A stretch of 64,000 nucleotides of DNA. Origin: an uncultured virus (IMG/VR IMGVR_UViG_3300044627_000710). Its lineage: Duplodnaviria; Heunggongvirae; Uroviricota; Caudoviricetes. Location: IMG/VR virus record IMGVR_UViG_3300044627_000710; one strand, written 5' to 3'. A model generated the notes under the pieces. The model ran no database searches. It was not told where the DNA came from and saw nothing but the letters and a program-made list of their open reading frames with translations. Each line of letters begins with the position of its first letter. Positions within the stretch are counted from its first letter, which is position 1. Positions 30,408 through 39,597 of the stretch are shown in pieces. Made by a program: the position numbers and the translations under genes.

Positions 30408-30800
30408 TTACTCCGGCTGCGTAGGCCACTGCACGTTCCAAGGGAACCCCGGCTGTGAAGGCACATCCCGAAGTGCTTGACGGTACGTTGCCCATACCGC
30501 CTTATCCGCAGGGGAGTCAGCAAGCTGAGTCCAGTCAGTCGCGGCCAACTTAGCGTCGCGCTGCTTACGGACCTTTGTCGCCATCTCATCCGCAGGAATC
30601 TGCGCGACAACCCAGTTCATACGCCACTGGCCGTCTTGCTGCACGGGAGCACCCTCATACAGCCGCTCAGTATCCCGATTGAAACTCGGTGGGTCAACCC
30701 ACTCGACGGGCGCGTAGTCCGCCATGCCTGCCGGATCAACCTCGATATCCCCGATATGGCGAGGGTACTCAAGCGTGGAGAGTTTGATGTATGCGCTCAT
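30408..30800 (-). CDS. tail fibre assembly chaperone-like protein
   Basis: VRKQRDAKLAATDWTQLADSP..WATYRQALRDVP..WP; ATGA overlap with upstream gene. Confidence 0.8.
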   Translation of the reverse strand: MSAYIKLSTLEYPRHIGDIEVDPAGMADYAPVEWVDPPSFNRDTERLYEGAPVQQDGQWRMNWVVAQIPADEMATKVRKQRDAKLAATDWTQLADSPADKAVWATYRQALRDVPSQPGFPWNVQWPTQPE

Positions 30801-32128
30801 AGGGATGCTGTTGTTGAGGTGAGAGTGGAGTCTGACGACGTAAACGACGTCGCGGTGTCTGTCAGCGAAGACGCTGATGAAGTCAGACCCGACGCTGTGG
30901 CAGTGAATGAGCCCGCAGCATCTGTCAATGAACTGGCGGCGTAAGTGCTTGAGAACGAGCCAACCGCATACGAGCCCGTCTTGCCACCGTTCGACGGAAG
31001 TTTCCAAATCACTGCAGAGTTATTTGCTGCGGCGGTGCCACCAATGTTGGCCTGCGCGATTAAATGTAAAACGCCTGCGGAATCAATTGCCAAATTGTTA
31101 TATGAAGCACTGCTGACACGCAAGTTGCTAAAGCTCCGCTGCCATTGAATGACGCCGCTATCGTTGTACTTTGCAAGCACCTGAATGCCAGGCGTCGAAT
31201 AATCAAAGCCCGTTACGTACACGTTACCCGCTGAATCCACGGTGGCTCCAAGCGCAGTCTTTGTGGTGCCCGTGGTCAGAGTTCGCGACCATTGGAGCGT
31301 GCCGCTGGAATTGAATTTCGCCAGAATAAAGCAGGCAAAAGGGTTATATCCTTCGCCAAAAACATAGACGTTCTCTGACGAATCTATAGCAACAGAACGC
31401 CCCCATTCCGTCGTAGAGTCCATGCTCCTCTGCCACTGAATGGTGCCGAAGGTATCGTATTTTGCGACTTGGACATCAAACGTCCCGGACTGAATGCTGT
31501 ACCCGACCGTGTACACGTTTCCGGCAGAAGAAACCTTTACACTATATGCGATAGCATCATTTCCGCTCGTGGTGGAAAGCGTTCTTTGCCACTGAATATT
31601 GCCGTTGGCGTCATACTTGGCTATCAGTTGCAAATACTTGGAGCCGTTATATGTGACACCGGTAATGTAGACGTTGTTTGAAGAGTCGGTAGATATGCCG
31701 TAAGCGTAGTCGTATCCCGCATAGGCCGAAGCAAGTTGCCGTTGCCACAACACCGTGCCGCTCGGGTTGTACTTTACGAGGCCGCCGCTTCCGCTGGAAT
31801 AATAGAATGAGACATAAATGTTCGACGCCGAATCAACAGCGACGGCGTATCCTGTTGCGTAGTATTCCAACTGCTTTTGCCACTGCAGAACGCCAGTCAA
31901 GTTAAACTTTTGTACGTACAACGCGGTACTTGGGTTACCTCCCGCTGTGTAGACATTCCCGGAAGAGTCAACAGCAATACCTCTGCCGTAGAGGCCGATG
32001 GGGACGCCGGTCAGGGTGCTTACCCAATACGAAGTCGAGTCGGGCCAATTCCCGCCCGCCTGCGCTCGGTACTGATCCATCAGACTCCAAACGTCTGATG
32101 CCGATGTGGTGCTTGGGAATTGGGCCAT
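30797..32128 (-). CDS. beta-propeller repeat (SBBP-like) adhesin
   Basis: About six to seven repeats of IAVDSSGNVY..KY/F..GxxxWQR. Confidence 0.8.
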   Translation of the reverse strand: MAQFPSTTSASDVWSLMDQYRAQAGGNWPDSTSYWVSTLTGVPIGLYGRGIAVDSSGNVYTAGGNPSTALYVQKFNLTGVLQWQKQLEYYATGYAVAVDSASNIYVSFYYSSGSGGLVKYNPSGTVLWQRQLASAYAGYDYAYGISTDSSNNVYITGVTYNGSKYLQLIAKYDANGNIQWQRTLSTTSGNDAIAYSVKVSSAGNVYTVGYSIQSGTFDVQVAKYDTFGTIQWQRSMDSTTEWGRSVAIDSSENVYVFGEGYNPFACFILAKFNSSGTLQWSRTLTTGTTKTALGATVDSAGNVYVTGFDYSTPGIQVLAKYNDSGVIQWQRSFSNLRVSSASYNNLAIDSAGVLHLIAQANIGGTAAANNSAVIWKLPSNGGKTGSYAVGSFSSTYAASSLTDAAGSFTATASGLTSSASSLTDTATSFTSSDSTLTSTTASL

Positions 32129-32130
32129 GA

Positions 32131-33027
32131 TCAGAACGTGATTGAGCCAGAGGCTGTGAACGTATAGATGGTGCGACCGCCGGAAGATGTAACGCTAGGA
32201 GAACCGGTCGTTGCAGATGCCGCTTGAGAAGCGCTGATGATCACGACACCGGAGCCGCCAGACCCACCTGTACCGCCCGTATGAGACTGCGACGCTCCTC
32301 CGCCACCGCCAGTATTTGCTGTGCCAGAAGTACCATTCGTGCCCCCCGCAGCGCCGCCACCGCCACTGCCGCCGCTGCCGCCGGTTATGGTGTATGCCGA
32401 GCCGCCACCGCCACCGGCATAAGTGACGCTTGACCCTGTAATGGATGAGGCTGAACCACTGCCACCATTACCACCGGCTGAACTGGTACCGCTGCCGCCG
32501 ACTGCCCCTGCACCACCGCCGCCACCGCAACCGTAGTAGGGGCCGGCGGATTGTGTAGAACCGCCCGCGCTGCCTTGTCCGCTTACTGCGGAGCCGCCCG
32601 AGTAAAAACTGCCATAACTATTATTGCCCGCACCGCCGCCAGAACCGCCCGATTTTCCCGGAGCAACAGACTCACTGCCGTAAGTGCCCGCACCGCCGCC
32701 GCCAGTAGTGGACGCTATAGCGCCAAACGCAGAATTGTTCCCGTTAGCACCTTGCGTGGCGTATGAGGAGTTACCTGTACCGCCTGCACCAACAGTTATG
32801 GTGTAGGTGGTTCCCGGGGTTAAAGACTGATTACTACCACTTAGCAGTCCCCCCGCGCCCCCACCACCCGAGTGATAATTACCAGGGCCACCCGCGCCAC
32901 CGCCCGCGACAACAAGGTAGTTGACGAGCACGGCCACTCCGGGCCAGTTATCCCCCATGCGCGCATCCCGCACATCCATGAGGTTCCACCGCCCGTAGGC
33001 GCTGGTGGTGGAGGGAAAGTCAGGCAT
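32131..33027 (-). CDS. glycine-rich domain tail protein
   Basis: YLVVAGGGAGG..YTITVGAGG..GGSGVVII..YTFTASG. Confidence 0.8.
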   Translation of the reverse strand: MPDFPSTTSAYGRWNLMDVRDARMGDNWPGVAVLVNYLVVAGGGAGGPGNYHSGGGGAGGLLSGSNQSLTPGTTYTITVGAGGTGNSSYATQGANGNNSAFGAIASTTGGGGAGTYGSESVAPGKSGGSGGGAGNNSYGSFYSGGSAVSGQGSAGGSTQSAGPYYGCGGGGGAGAVGGSGTSSAGGNGGSGSASSITGSSVTYAGGGGGSAYTITGGSGGSGGGGAAGGTNGTSGTANTGGGGGASQSHTGGTGGSGGSGVVIISASQAASATTGSPSVTSSGGRTIYTFTASGSITF

Positions 33028-33380
33028 TACGAGATGTCTTCGTAGGAGCAGACGGCTTCAATGGTCGTATTGGCGTTAGCCGTCAAACGAAGCGAGTCGT
33101 TCTCTTCCAGATACACAGGCTGACTCAGCACATCAAGCGTGGCGTTGGTCGGCACCGTGATTTGATATGCGATATCAAACGCTGTCGTACCGTTCTTGAA
33201 GACATCTACTGTCACCCAACCATTGCTTGCCGCTACGTTAGAGCAATACAGGGCGTTGATCTTCAATACTTTATTGGAACTCGCTGCGTTACTGACAATT
33301 GCAGAAGCAGACGTGGTGACCGCCAACCCAGAAGTTTTACCTGTGATGGTGGTGGCGTTGATGATATTTGGCGCAGCCAT
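33027..33380 (-). CDS. virion protein
   Basis: MAAPNII..YLEENDSL..SYEDIS; operon packing. Confidence 0.7.
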   Translation of the reverse strand: MAAPNIINATTITGKTSGLAVTTSASAIVSNAASSNKVLKINALYCSNVAASNGWVTVDVFKNGTTAFDIAYQITVPTNATLDVLSQPVYLEENDSLRLTANANTTIEAVCSYEDIS

Positions 33381-33392
33381 TAATTTCTCCGA

Positions 33393-33740
33393 TCATCCAA
33401 AAACGAGCGCCATGCCGGTGACACGGGCCTTGGTTGCGGACGGTGCCGCCGGATAGGTGACAAACACGTCCTTAGCACCTGCACTGAAGTTGACCAGAGA
33501 GCCGCTGTTTGACGAAGACAGCACTGTATCCCGGGACAGCGTGGTGCCCGATGAGGTGTAGGTTCCGATGCCAACCTCCCACTCGTTGCCTGTCTGCCCC
33601 GCAATCGTGTAGTACGTGTTGTTGCCGTTACCGATAGCACTAAACGACTGGAAGCCCGTGGCTGCACCGGCAAGCGTTACTGTGCCTGTACCTGTGGTGG
33701 TTGTGGTTTCCTTAACCCGATCTGCGACTACAAATGGCAT
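33393..33740 (-). CDS. tail protein
   Basis: ADRVKETTTTTGTG..WEVGIG..VFVTYPA; RBS AGGAG. Confidence 0.7.
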   Translation of the reverse strand: MPFVVADRVKETTTTTGTGTVTLAGAATGFQSFSAIGNGNNTYYTIAGQTGNEWEVGIGTYTSSGTTLSRDTVLSSSNSGSLVNFSAGAKDVFVTYPAAPSATKARVTGMALVFG

Positions 33741-33749
33741 GGTTGCTCC

Positions 33750-34679
33750 TTATGTTTCCGTGGTAATCAGTTCCCAATCAGAAACTTCGGCTGTGTCTAT
33801 ATTCTGCCAATCGGCGATTTCGCTGTCATCAATCAGACTCCAATAACGCAGCCCCATCGTTCCGACTTGGCCTGTTGCGCCAACACCCGTAAGTGCTACG
33901 GTGCGTGCGCCTATCACGTTTCCAACAGTGCCGGTTGCCTCATTGCCGGTAATTTGAAGCTGGAAGACAACGGTTCCAACCTCGCCCGATGCGCCAACAC
34001 CAGTAAGCGCAACCGTACGAGAACCACTGACACTCCCAACTTGGCCGTGGGCAACAACACCATCTTCGCCTTCGGACGTGATTGCCGCAACAGTACCAAC
34101 CCCGCCAGAAGCCGAGACTCCGGTGAGTGCAACCGTGCGCGAAGAGGCGGATACGGAACCAACTGCGCCATCTGCCTGTACGCCAGTTGGGAAAACAGGG
34201 GTGGCAAACTGAACATTTCCCACCGCCCCCGACGCCGATACGCCCGTTAAGGCAACGACATGGGAAGACGCAACAGCACCAAGGTAGCCATCTGCATGAA
34301 CTTCTTGGATTTCTGGGTTGGGGAATGGGTCCACTCCACCAACAAACCCCTCTGCAGAAACAGAGGTAAGCGCAATCAGCGGTGTAGCAACTGCTGTCCC
34401 AACCTCACCGGAGGCAGAAACCCCCGTGATGGCAACTACATTGTCTTGGGCGACGCTGCCAACTTCACCAGACGCAGACACCCCGGTGAGTGCAACCGAG
34501 ATGGACTGTGTTACAGATCCAACGGCACCATAGGCAACAACGCCGTCTTCGGTTGGGCTGTTGATCTCGGCAACCGTGCCTACTCCGCCGGAGGCCGAAA
34601 CCCCGGTAAGAGCAACCGTGACATTGCCCCCCGCAAGCGAGGAGAACGGCGCTTCGGAGAAGGCGGATATACCGAACAT
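33750..34679 (-). CDS. repeat-containing virion protein
   Basis: Many VALTGVSASGxVG units; MFGISAFSEAPFS start. Confidence 0.75.
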   Translation of the reverse strand: MFGISAFSEAPFSSLAGGNVTVALTGVSASGGVGTVAEINSPTEDGVVAYGAVGSVTQSISVALTGVSASGEVGSVAQDNVVAITGVSASGEVGTAVATPLIALTSVSAEGFVGGVDPFPNPEIQEVHADGYLGAVASSHVVALTGVSASGAVGNVQFATPVFPTGVQADGAVGSVSASSRTVALTGVSASGGVGTVAAITSEGEDGVVAHGQVGSVSGSRTVALTGVGASGEVGTVVFQLQITGNEATGTVGNVIGARTVALTGVGATGQVGTMGLRYWSLIDDSEIADWQNIDTAEVSDWELITTET

Positions 34680-34710
34680 GGCTACTCAGGCGGACTTGCC
34701 GCCTGCCTCT

Positions 34711-35202
34711 TTAGGTGGTAGCCAAGCGGATAAGCGCAGTCGTCGTCGTGTTGGCGGGCATCGTCAGGGTGAACGTACCGGCGGTCACCGTCTGGGAACC
34801 GAACGTGTGCACGCTCACAGCCTTGTTGCCTTGCGTCGAGTTATAGATCAGCACTGCATCAAACGCCGTAGACAGTGTGACGTTGGTGTAGGTGATCGAA
34901 GCAGACGGCGTCCAGTACGCAACGCCCGCCGTAGAAGACGTGTTGCTCGATGCAGGGCCAGTGGCGTTGGTGATGGTCACACCGCCAGGGGTGTAGTTCG
35001 TGCCAGTCACCTCGCCCGTAGACGAGTACACCGTCGTAGAAGCGTTGACCGTGGCCGAAGCCAGATACAGCGCGGCCTTGAACGTATCCGTCGTAGGGTT
35101 GGTAAGACTGCTACGAGAGGTCAGGGTCGTGGAACCAAATTGATGTCCGCCGACAAGCAACTCGCCCATGAACGAGGTGCACATGCTTTGTGTATTTGCC
35201 AT
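34711..35202 (-). CDS. virion structural protein (paralog of 35406-35837)
   Basis: DTFKAALY..GEVTGTNYTPGG..LIY..FG..IRL. Confidence 0.7.
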   Translation of the reverse strand: MANTQSMCTSFMGELLVGGHQFGSTTLTSRSSLTNPTTDTFKAALYLASATVNASTTVYSSTGEVTGTNYTPGGVTITNATGPASSNTSSTAGVAYWTPSASITYTNVTLSTAFDAVLIYNSTQGNKAVSVHTFGSQTVTAGTFTLTMPANTTTTALIRLATT

Positions 35203-35211
35203 GATGTTTCC

Positions 35212-35406
35212 TTACACAATGGATGCTGCTTCAGCGAACAGCGGGGGAGATTGCTTCAAACGAACATGAACCGAACGGTGGACAAGTTCGCCCTCGTGCC
35301 AGTATTCAACCCAAGTCGTATGTTCGATGTCATTATCGACGGAGCCTTCTTTTTTCTCAAGAAGAGCATCGTCCATTACGCCTTTGGTGGTGTTAACGAG
35401 AGCCAT
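35212..35406 (-). CDS. hypothetical protein
   Basis: MALVNTTKG..WVEYW..ELVHRSVHV; TAATG overlap. Confidence 0.65.
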   Translation of the reverse strand: MALVNTTKGVMDDALLEKKEGSVDNDIEHTTWVEYWHEGELVHRSVHVRLKQSPPLFAEAASIV

Positions 35407-35837
35407 TATGCGATCCTTATGATTGCGTTGGTGTTGTCCGCAGTGGGAAACTGAACTTGGAAAGACGTGGTGCAAGTCTTATCCCCGCCAAAGTCGAGAA
35501 CGCACACAGTAGGGTTGCCGCTGCCTACCTTGTAGATCAGCGCCCCACGGCATGTAAACGCTGCCGGGTTCCAAGTCACATTACTGAACGATAGATACGC
35601 CACCGTGTTCTGCGGATTGCTGCCCGTAGTGGGGGCAACGCTGACTGTGAGCGTCTCTCCGCCTGCGGTATAGCCCGTGCCGCTTGTCTCACCCGTGGTC
35701 GTATACGCAGCCGTGTTGGCGCCAATAGATGCGCCCCCGGTGTAAAGCGCCATCTTGAACGTGTCAGTGCTGAAGTTGAACTGGCCAGAAGCCAAGCCCA
35801 CCTTGAACTGATTGGTCGCGCCTTGCTCGATGGGCAT
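35406..35837 (-). CDS. virion structural protein
   Basis: DTFKMALY..GETSGTGYTAGG..ALIY..LDFGGDK..IIRIA. Confidence 0.7.
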   Translation of the reverse strand: MPIEQGATNQFKVGLASGQFNFSTDTFKMALYTGGASIGANTAAYTTTGETSGTGYTAGGETLTVSVAPTTGSNPQNTVAYLSFSNVTWNPAAFTCRGALIYKVGSGNPTVCVLDFGGDKTCTTSFQVQFPTADNTNAIIRIA

Positions 35838-36544
35838 TACTTGACCCCGTTATTCTGCGGCAGCGGAGCCAGACGCGATTGGCCACTGCGGTATGCATCG
35901 CTGCGCTCCAGACCATCACCCAGGCGCTTGGCAAGGGCCAGTGCTTCCTTGTACTTGCCGTCGTACAACGCGATCATGTCCTGCTCACCCTTCATGTAGG
36001 TGTAGGCTTCAACAAGCGAGCCGTACAGCAGCACAGAGTCAAAATTGTCCCCAAGCCAGGACGTGTTTGCCGTCGTGATTGACTCCGGGTAATAGTAGTA
36101 GTGCAACTCGACGTTGTAACTGGCGTCAGGCGTTGGGCCAAGAATGAACGACAACTCGGTCGTGATGGTGCTGCCATTCACCGTAGGGCCGAACAGCGCG
36201 TAGTAACGCGGCAAGCCAGTATCTTGCGGGGACGGATACGACTGGCGGATGAAGTTCACGTCCTTGTTCAACAGGTACTCGTACGTGCCGGTATCAATGT
36301 CACCGCCCGTAACGTCTGTGATGACTGCCATCGAGTACACAGCCAAAAAGTCCGTGGGACACGACAAGTACTTGTTGTTGATGCTCACAACGCCCTTGAC
36401 GTTTTTACGCAAGGACGGGAACTGAACCGTGTTGTAGATGCGCTGCTCAGCTTGTTGAACGAAAACGGGTATCTGAGCAACGAAATCGCTGCTCACGTTC
36501 TCGGTGTACGCCTGGATGGCGTTGCTGAGTTGCGTGTAGTTCAC
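35837..36544 (-). CDS. head-tail adaptor / tail tubular protein A-like
   Basis: MNYTQL..FVQQAEQRI..PRYYA..LGPTPD..LLYGSLVEA. Confidence 0.7.
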   Translation of the reverse strand: MNYTQLSNAIQAYTENVSSDFVAQIPVFVQQAEQRIYNTVQFPSLRKNVKGVVSINNKYLSCPTDFLAVYSMAVITDVTGGDIDTGTYEYLLNKDVNFIRQSYPSPQDTGLPRYYALFGPTVNGSTITTELSFILGPTPDASYNVELHYYYYPESITTANTSWLGDNFDSVLLYGSLVEAYTYMKGEQDMIALYDGKYKEALALAKRLGDGLERSDAYRSGQSRLAPLPQNNGVK

Positions 36545-36738
36545 GCCATCGGTCCCCTGGCCATCGTGCCCTTGGTAGCGCAGCCGTTACCACGGGTCTT
36601 GATACCCGAAGTCTTAGTCGGCTTGTATTCGTTGGCGTGCATGTTGGCCACGGACACGTCCATGCGCAGCGCCTTCTTGATGTCGTCAGCGCCAACAACC
36701 GGTGTGGCCACCGGCTTGGGAGTCTTGTAGGTTGCCAT
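36541..36738 (-). CDS. small basic protein
   Basis: GGAGG RBS; KTRGNGCATKG. Confidence 0.65.
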   Translation of the reverse strand: MATYKTPKPVATPVVGADDIKKALRMDVSVANMHANEYKPTKTSGIKTRGNGCATKGTMARGPMA

Positions 36739-36739
36739 G

Positions 36740-36934
36740 TCAGCCTCCGCGATTTGACTTCTTGTAGGTGTAACCGGGCGACTTCTGATTGGCGACCTTG
36801 GCCAGATTACGGCCCATCTTCAGCATGTCGCTGTTGGTCTTGCCACCCGCCCGCATTTTCTTCACGTCGGCATCAGGGTGCGCACCAGCGCCCTTGGCCA
36901 TGTGCTTCTTCAGCATTTCTTTAACGCCTGCCAT
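36740..36934 (-). CDS. small basic protein
   Basis: AGGAG RBS; Lys/Met-rich; MRAGG, GRNLAKV. Confidence 0.65.
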   Translation of the reverse strand: MAGVKEMLKKHMAKGAGAHPDADVKKMRAGGKTNSDMLKMGRNLAKVANQKSPGYTYKKSNRGG

Positions 36935-36943
36935 TTTTCGCTC

Positions 36944-37372
36944 CTATGCCGTCACAACCGTGACTGTACCAATTTGAACCGTCAACACCAAGTAGTTTGG
37001 CGTCAACCCAGCATCGGGGCCACGCGACCCACCAACCGGATTCCAACCCCACTGAAAGTCTCGACTGCCTTCACTCGGGAAACCCACTGCGTCCTGCGTG
37101 GTTGCCGTCGTGTCTACGACTTGTAGCCCCGTGTTGCCCGACTGCACATAACTCAGATCAGGGCGCGGGTTGCGCAAGCCTTGCGGGTCATCAACCGGAT
37201 ACATGCCCAACTGCAACTGCGGTTGGTCGGGGTCCCAGCAGACCGGGCAGACCAAGAGGTTGTAAGTCTTGGTCTTGATAACTTCCTTGCGCAGTTGCGT
37301 GAGCTTGAACCGAAAGTCGCAGCGGTCACACTGCGCAATCGCATTCTTGCCTGACGCAAACCGGTTGCCCAT
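36944..37372 (-). CDS. Zn-binding head-associated protein
   Basis: CDRC..CPVC..DQPQL..PRPD. Confidence 0.65.
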   Translation of the reverse strand: MGNRFASGKNAIAQCDRCDFRFKLTQLRKEVIKTKTYNLLVCPVCWDPDQPQLQLGMYPVDDPQGLRNPRPDLSYVQSGNTGLQVVDTTATTQDAVGFPSEGSRDFQWGWNPVGGSRGPDAGLTPNYLVLTVQIGTVTVVTA

Positions 37373-38323
37373 TTAGGTGCCGCTCCCGATGTACATCTGC
37401 CGGGGCACAAATCGCACCGCTGCCTTTTCCTGATCCTCGCCTGCGGCGATCATCCAAGCCTCGTCGTACTGCTCTTTAAGAATCTGCAGGCGTTGGATGC
37501 CATCAGGAATCTTCAGAGCGATGTAGTACGCCAGACCGGCCACAAGGCAGGGCAGGAAACGGAAGGGCACGTCAAACGTCTTGATGCCACTGTTGGTAGC
37601 GTCTTGAATACGGCGCATGCGCCAGTACACAAACTGATACGTCGTGCCAGGGTTGGGCGTTGGCCAGACCGTGATGCTGTTCTTCTGCGCCAACGTGATG
37701 GCCGCACCCGAAGAGTGGCCTACGGCGGTTGTTCCGTCTTGGCCACGGGCGCAGTTCAACAACAGTGCTGGGTTGCCCCCACTGGCGGGCTGAACCTCGT
37801 TGAATGCGATCAACTCACTGCCAATCTTGATGAAGCCCGCGTTGGGCACCCCGGCAAGCGAGGTGATGGGAATTGAGGTGGTCGTGGCCAGTATGGTCGC
37901 CTGCAGCGTCCCGGCAAGCACAGAGTCCGACGCAGTCAGGCGTTGAATCCAAACCTGAATAGGTCGGCCCGTGATCAGCTTGTTTGGGATCGTAGCGTAC
38001 GTAGAGACGCTGATCCGGGTGATGGTCAGGTCGGCTTGATTGGTGGGGACGTTCTGGTTGGTGCGAATGACGTGATCGAGCAAGTCCACCGTATCGTCAG
38101 GCAGCGCGTAGGTCGGCTGACCAGTAGCCAAGGTGATGGCGTTTTGCTCAAACGTCCACATGTTCACGCCACGGTTGCCCCAGTCAGCGAACAACAAGTT
38201 CATGCTGCGGCGAGCCGTGCGCAAGTCATAGCCGGTGCGAAGCTCACCGCCTGCACGCTCAAACGCTTCCTCAACAATCTCGTTGAGATCGAGGTTAAAG
38301 TTGGCTACGCCTGAAGTAGTCAT
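37373..38323 (-). CDS. head completion/adaptor protein with inserted beta domain
   Basis: IVEEAFER..ARRSMNL..Y..IPNK..VWPTP..FLPCLVAGLAYY. Confidence 0.7.
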   Translation of the reverse strand: MTTSGVANFNLDLNEIVEEAFERAGGELRTGYDLRTARRSMNLLFADWGNRGVNMWTFEQNAITLATGQPTYALPDDTVDLLDHVIRTNQNVPTNQADLTITRISVSTYATIPNKLITGRPIQVWIQRLTASDSVLAGTLQATILATTTSIPITSLAGVPNAGFIKIGSELIAFNEVQPASGGNPALLLNCARGQDGTTAVGHSSGAAITLAQKNSITVWPTPNPGTTYQFVYWRMRRIQDATNSGIKTFDVPFRFLPCLVAGLAYYIALKIPDGIQRLQILKEQYDEAWMIAAGEDQEKAAVRFVPRQMYIGSGT

Positions 38324-38556
38324 CTGAATCTCGCGGTCTTCTTAGCGATGGCCTTGGGTTGCGCTACGAACTGCTTGCCGGAGGCTTTGCCTGCTCGCTT
38401 TGCTCGGGTTGAGGCGGCGTACTCTTGGGGGGAAAGAGCTTTGATCGCAGCTTCTGGAAGGTATCGCTCACCAGTTTTACTAGACGGCTTACCACTTTTG
38501 GTCCTCCACTTTTGTGCAGTCCAATCCTTTAGCGACTGCTGCGACGGCTTAGTCAC
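38320..38556 (-). CDS. small basic protein (DUF5872-like C-terminal half)
   Basis: GTG start overlapping upstream stop; SLKDWTAQKWRTKSG..RYLP. Confidence 0.65.
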   Translation of the reverse strand: MTKPSQQSLKDWTAQKWRTKSGKPSSKTGERYLPEAAIKALSPQEYAASTRAKRAGKASGKQFVAQPKAIAKKTARFR

Positions 38557-38839
38557 GGTACCCGCCACCCTTGGCCTTGTACTGCTTGGCCAGAAGCTGC
38601 GCTTTGCGGGCGCTCCACTGACCTGCCGCCGTGCCCTGCACAGCCTGCCCCTTGATCTTCTCAAAGAGCGACTTGCGCATACCGGGCTTGGTGTAGTTGC
38701 CCGCTTCGTTGACCTTGGACTTGGTAGTCCCGCCTTCGGCGTACATGTCAACGTCGTTCGGGTCATCCTTGCGTCGGATGACCTTCTTCTTGGGCATCTT
38801 GGAGGGGGCGATGGCCCCCATCCCCCGGCTCGGCATCAT
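38549..38839 (-). CDS. small basic protein (DUF5872-like N-terminal half)
   Basis: YTKPGMRK..GQWSARKAQLLAKQYKAKGGGY. Confidence 0.7.
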   Translation of the reverse strand: MMPSRGMGAIAPSKMPKKKVIRRKDDPNDVDMYAEGGTTKSKVNEAGNYTKPGMRKSLFEKIKGQAVQGTAAGQWSARKAQLLAKQYKAKGGGYRD

Positions 38840-38840
38840 G

Positions 38841-39341
38841 TCAGCACTTGCCGCCGCGCTTCATGCCCAGGGGCGTGCTTCCGGCCATCTTGATCATGGT
38901 GCCCTTGGTCTTGCCCTTGGTGGCCACACCATCGCGGCTCGGAGCAGCGGTCTTCACAGTGCCCATCTTGGCCTTGGTGATGCCGGTACCGGCGCTGCCA
39001 CCCATAGCCATTTTCTTCATGCCCTTCATTTCGGATTCCTCATGTTTGATCATTGACTTAGGAGCACCGGCCTTCTTCATAAAGCCGATCTCTTTCTTAA
39101 CCATCGCCTTGGACTCTTTCACGTTGCCACCTCTTGCAAGAATTGCCGACTTGCCGTGCTCGGTCTTCGGCTTGTTGATGGACTGGACGTCTGCGCGACT
39201 CCCAGAACCGAACTTACGGCCCTTGTCGGCCTTTACAAACTCTGCGCCAACAGACTGCGGAATGCCAACACGCTTGGCAGCGGCGGGGTCATTAGCCACC
39301 ATCGCCATCAAGTTGTGTTGAGCTTTGCTTTTGCTTGGCAT
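38841..39341 (-). CDS. Lys/Met-rich basic protein
   Basis: MPSKSKAQHNLMAMVA..GIPQSVGAEFVKAD; three xxGG motifs. Confidence 0.7.
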   Translation of the reverse strand: MPSKSKAQHNLMAMVANDPAAAKRVGIPQSVGAEFVKADKGRKFGSGSRADVQSINKPKTEHGKSAILARGGNVKESKAMVKKEIGFMKKAGAPKSMIKHEESEMKGMKKMAMGGSAGTGITKAKMGTVKTAAPSRDGVATKGKTKGTMIKMAGSTPLGMKRGGKC

Positions 39342-39342
39342 A

Positions 39343-39597
39343 TCAGCAGTTCCACGCCCTCAAGGATTTGTTAATCCTCGAATTCGGATCGTTTGCGGTT
39401 TTTTCGCTCGTCAACTTCTTTTTCATGCCTTTCATACGGGCGCAAAAAGAGTCGCGGCGTGGACCGCCCTCCGGCTGAGGTGCCTTCAGTCCAGGCTTCC
39501 CTGGATTCGCGGCGTTGTAGGAGGCTCGCCCCTTGGCGTTCAGTCCGCCCTTGGGGTTCTTGCCTTCTTTCCTCTGCCATGCCGGGGTCTTAGCCAT
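39343..39597 (-). CDS. small basic protein (DUF6321-like)
   Basis: GGLNAKGRASY..RRDSFCARM..SRINKSLRAWNC. Confidence 0.7.
   Translation of the reverse strand: MAKTPAWQRKEGKNPKGGLNAKGRASYNAANPGKPGLKAPQPEGGPRRDSFCARMKGMKKKLTSEKTANDPNSRINKSLRAWNC

Noticed and set aside
25879..33027. Diversity-generating retroelement or invertase shufflon acting on adhesins
   Set aside because: No reverse transcriptase or recombinase, no template/variable repeat pair, all genes co-oriented
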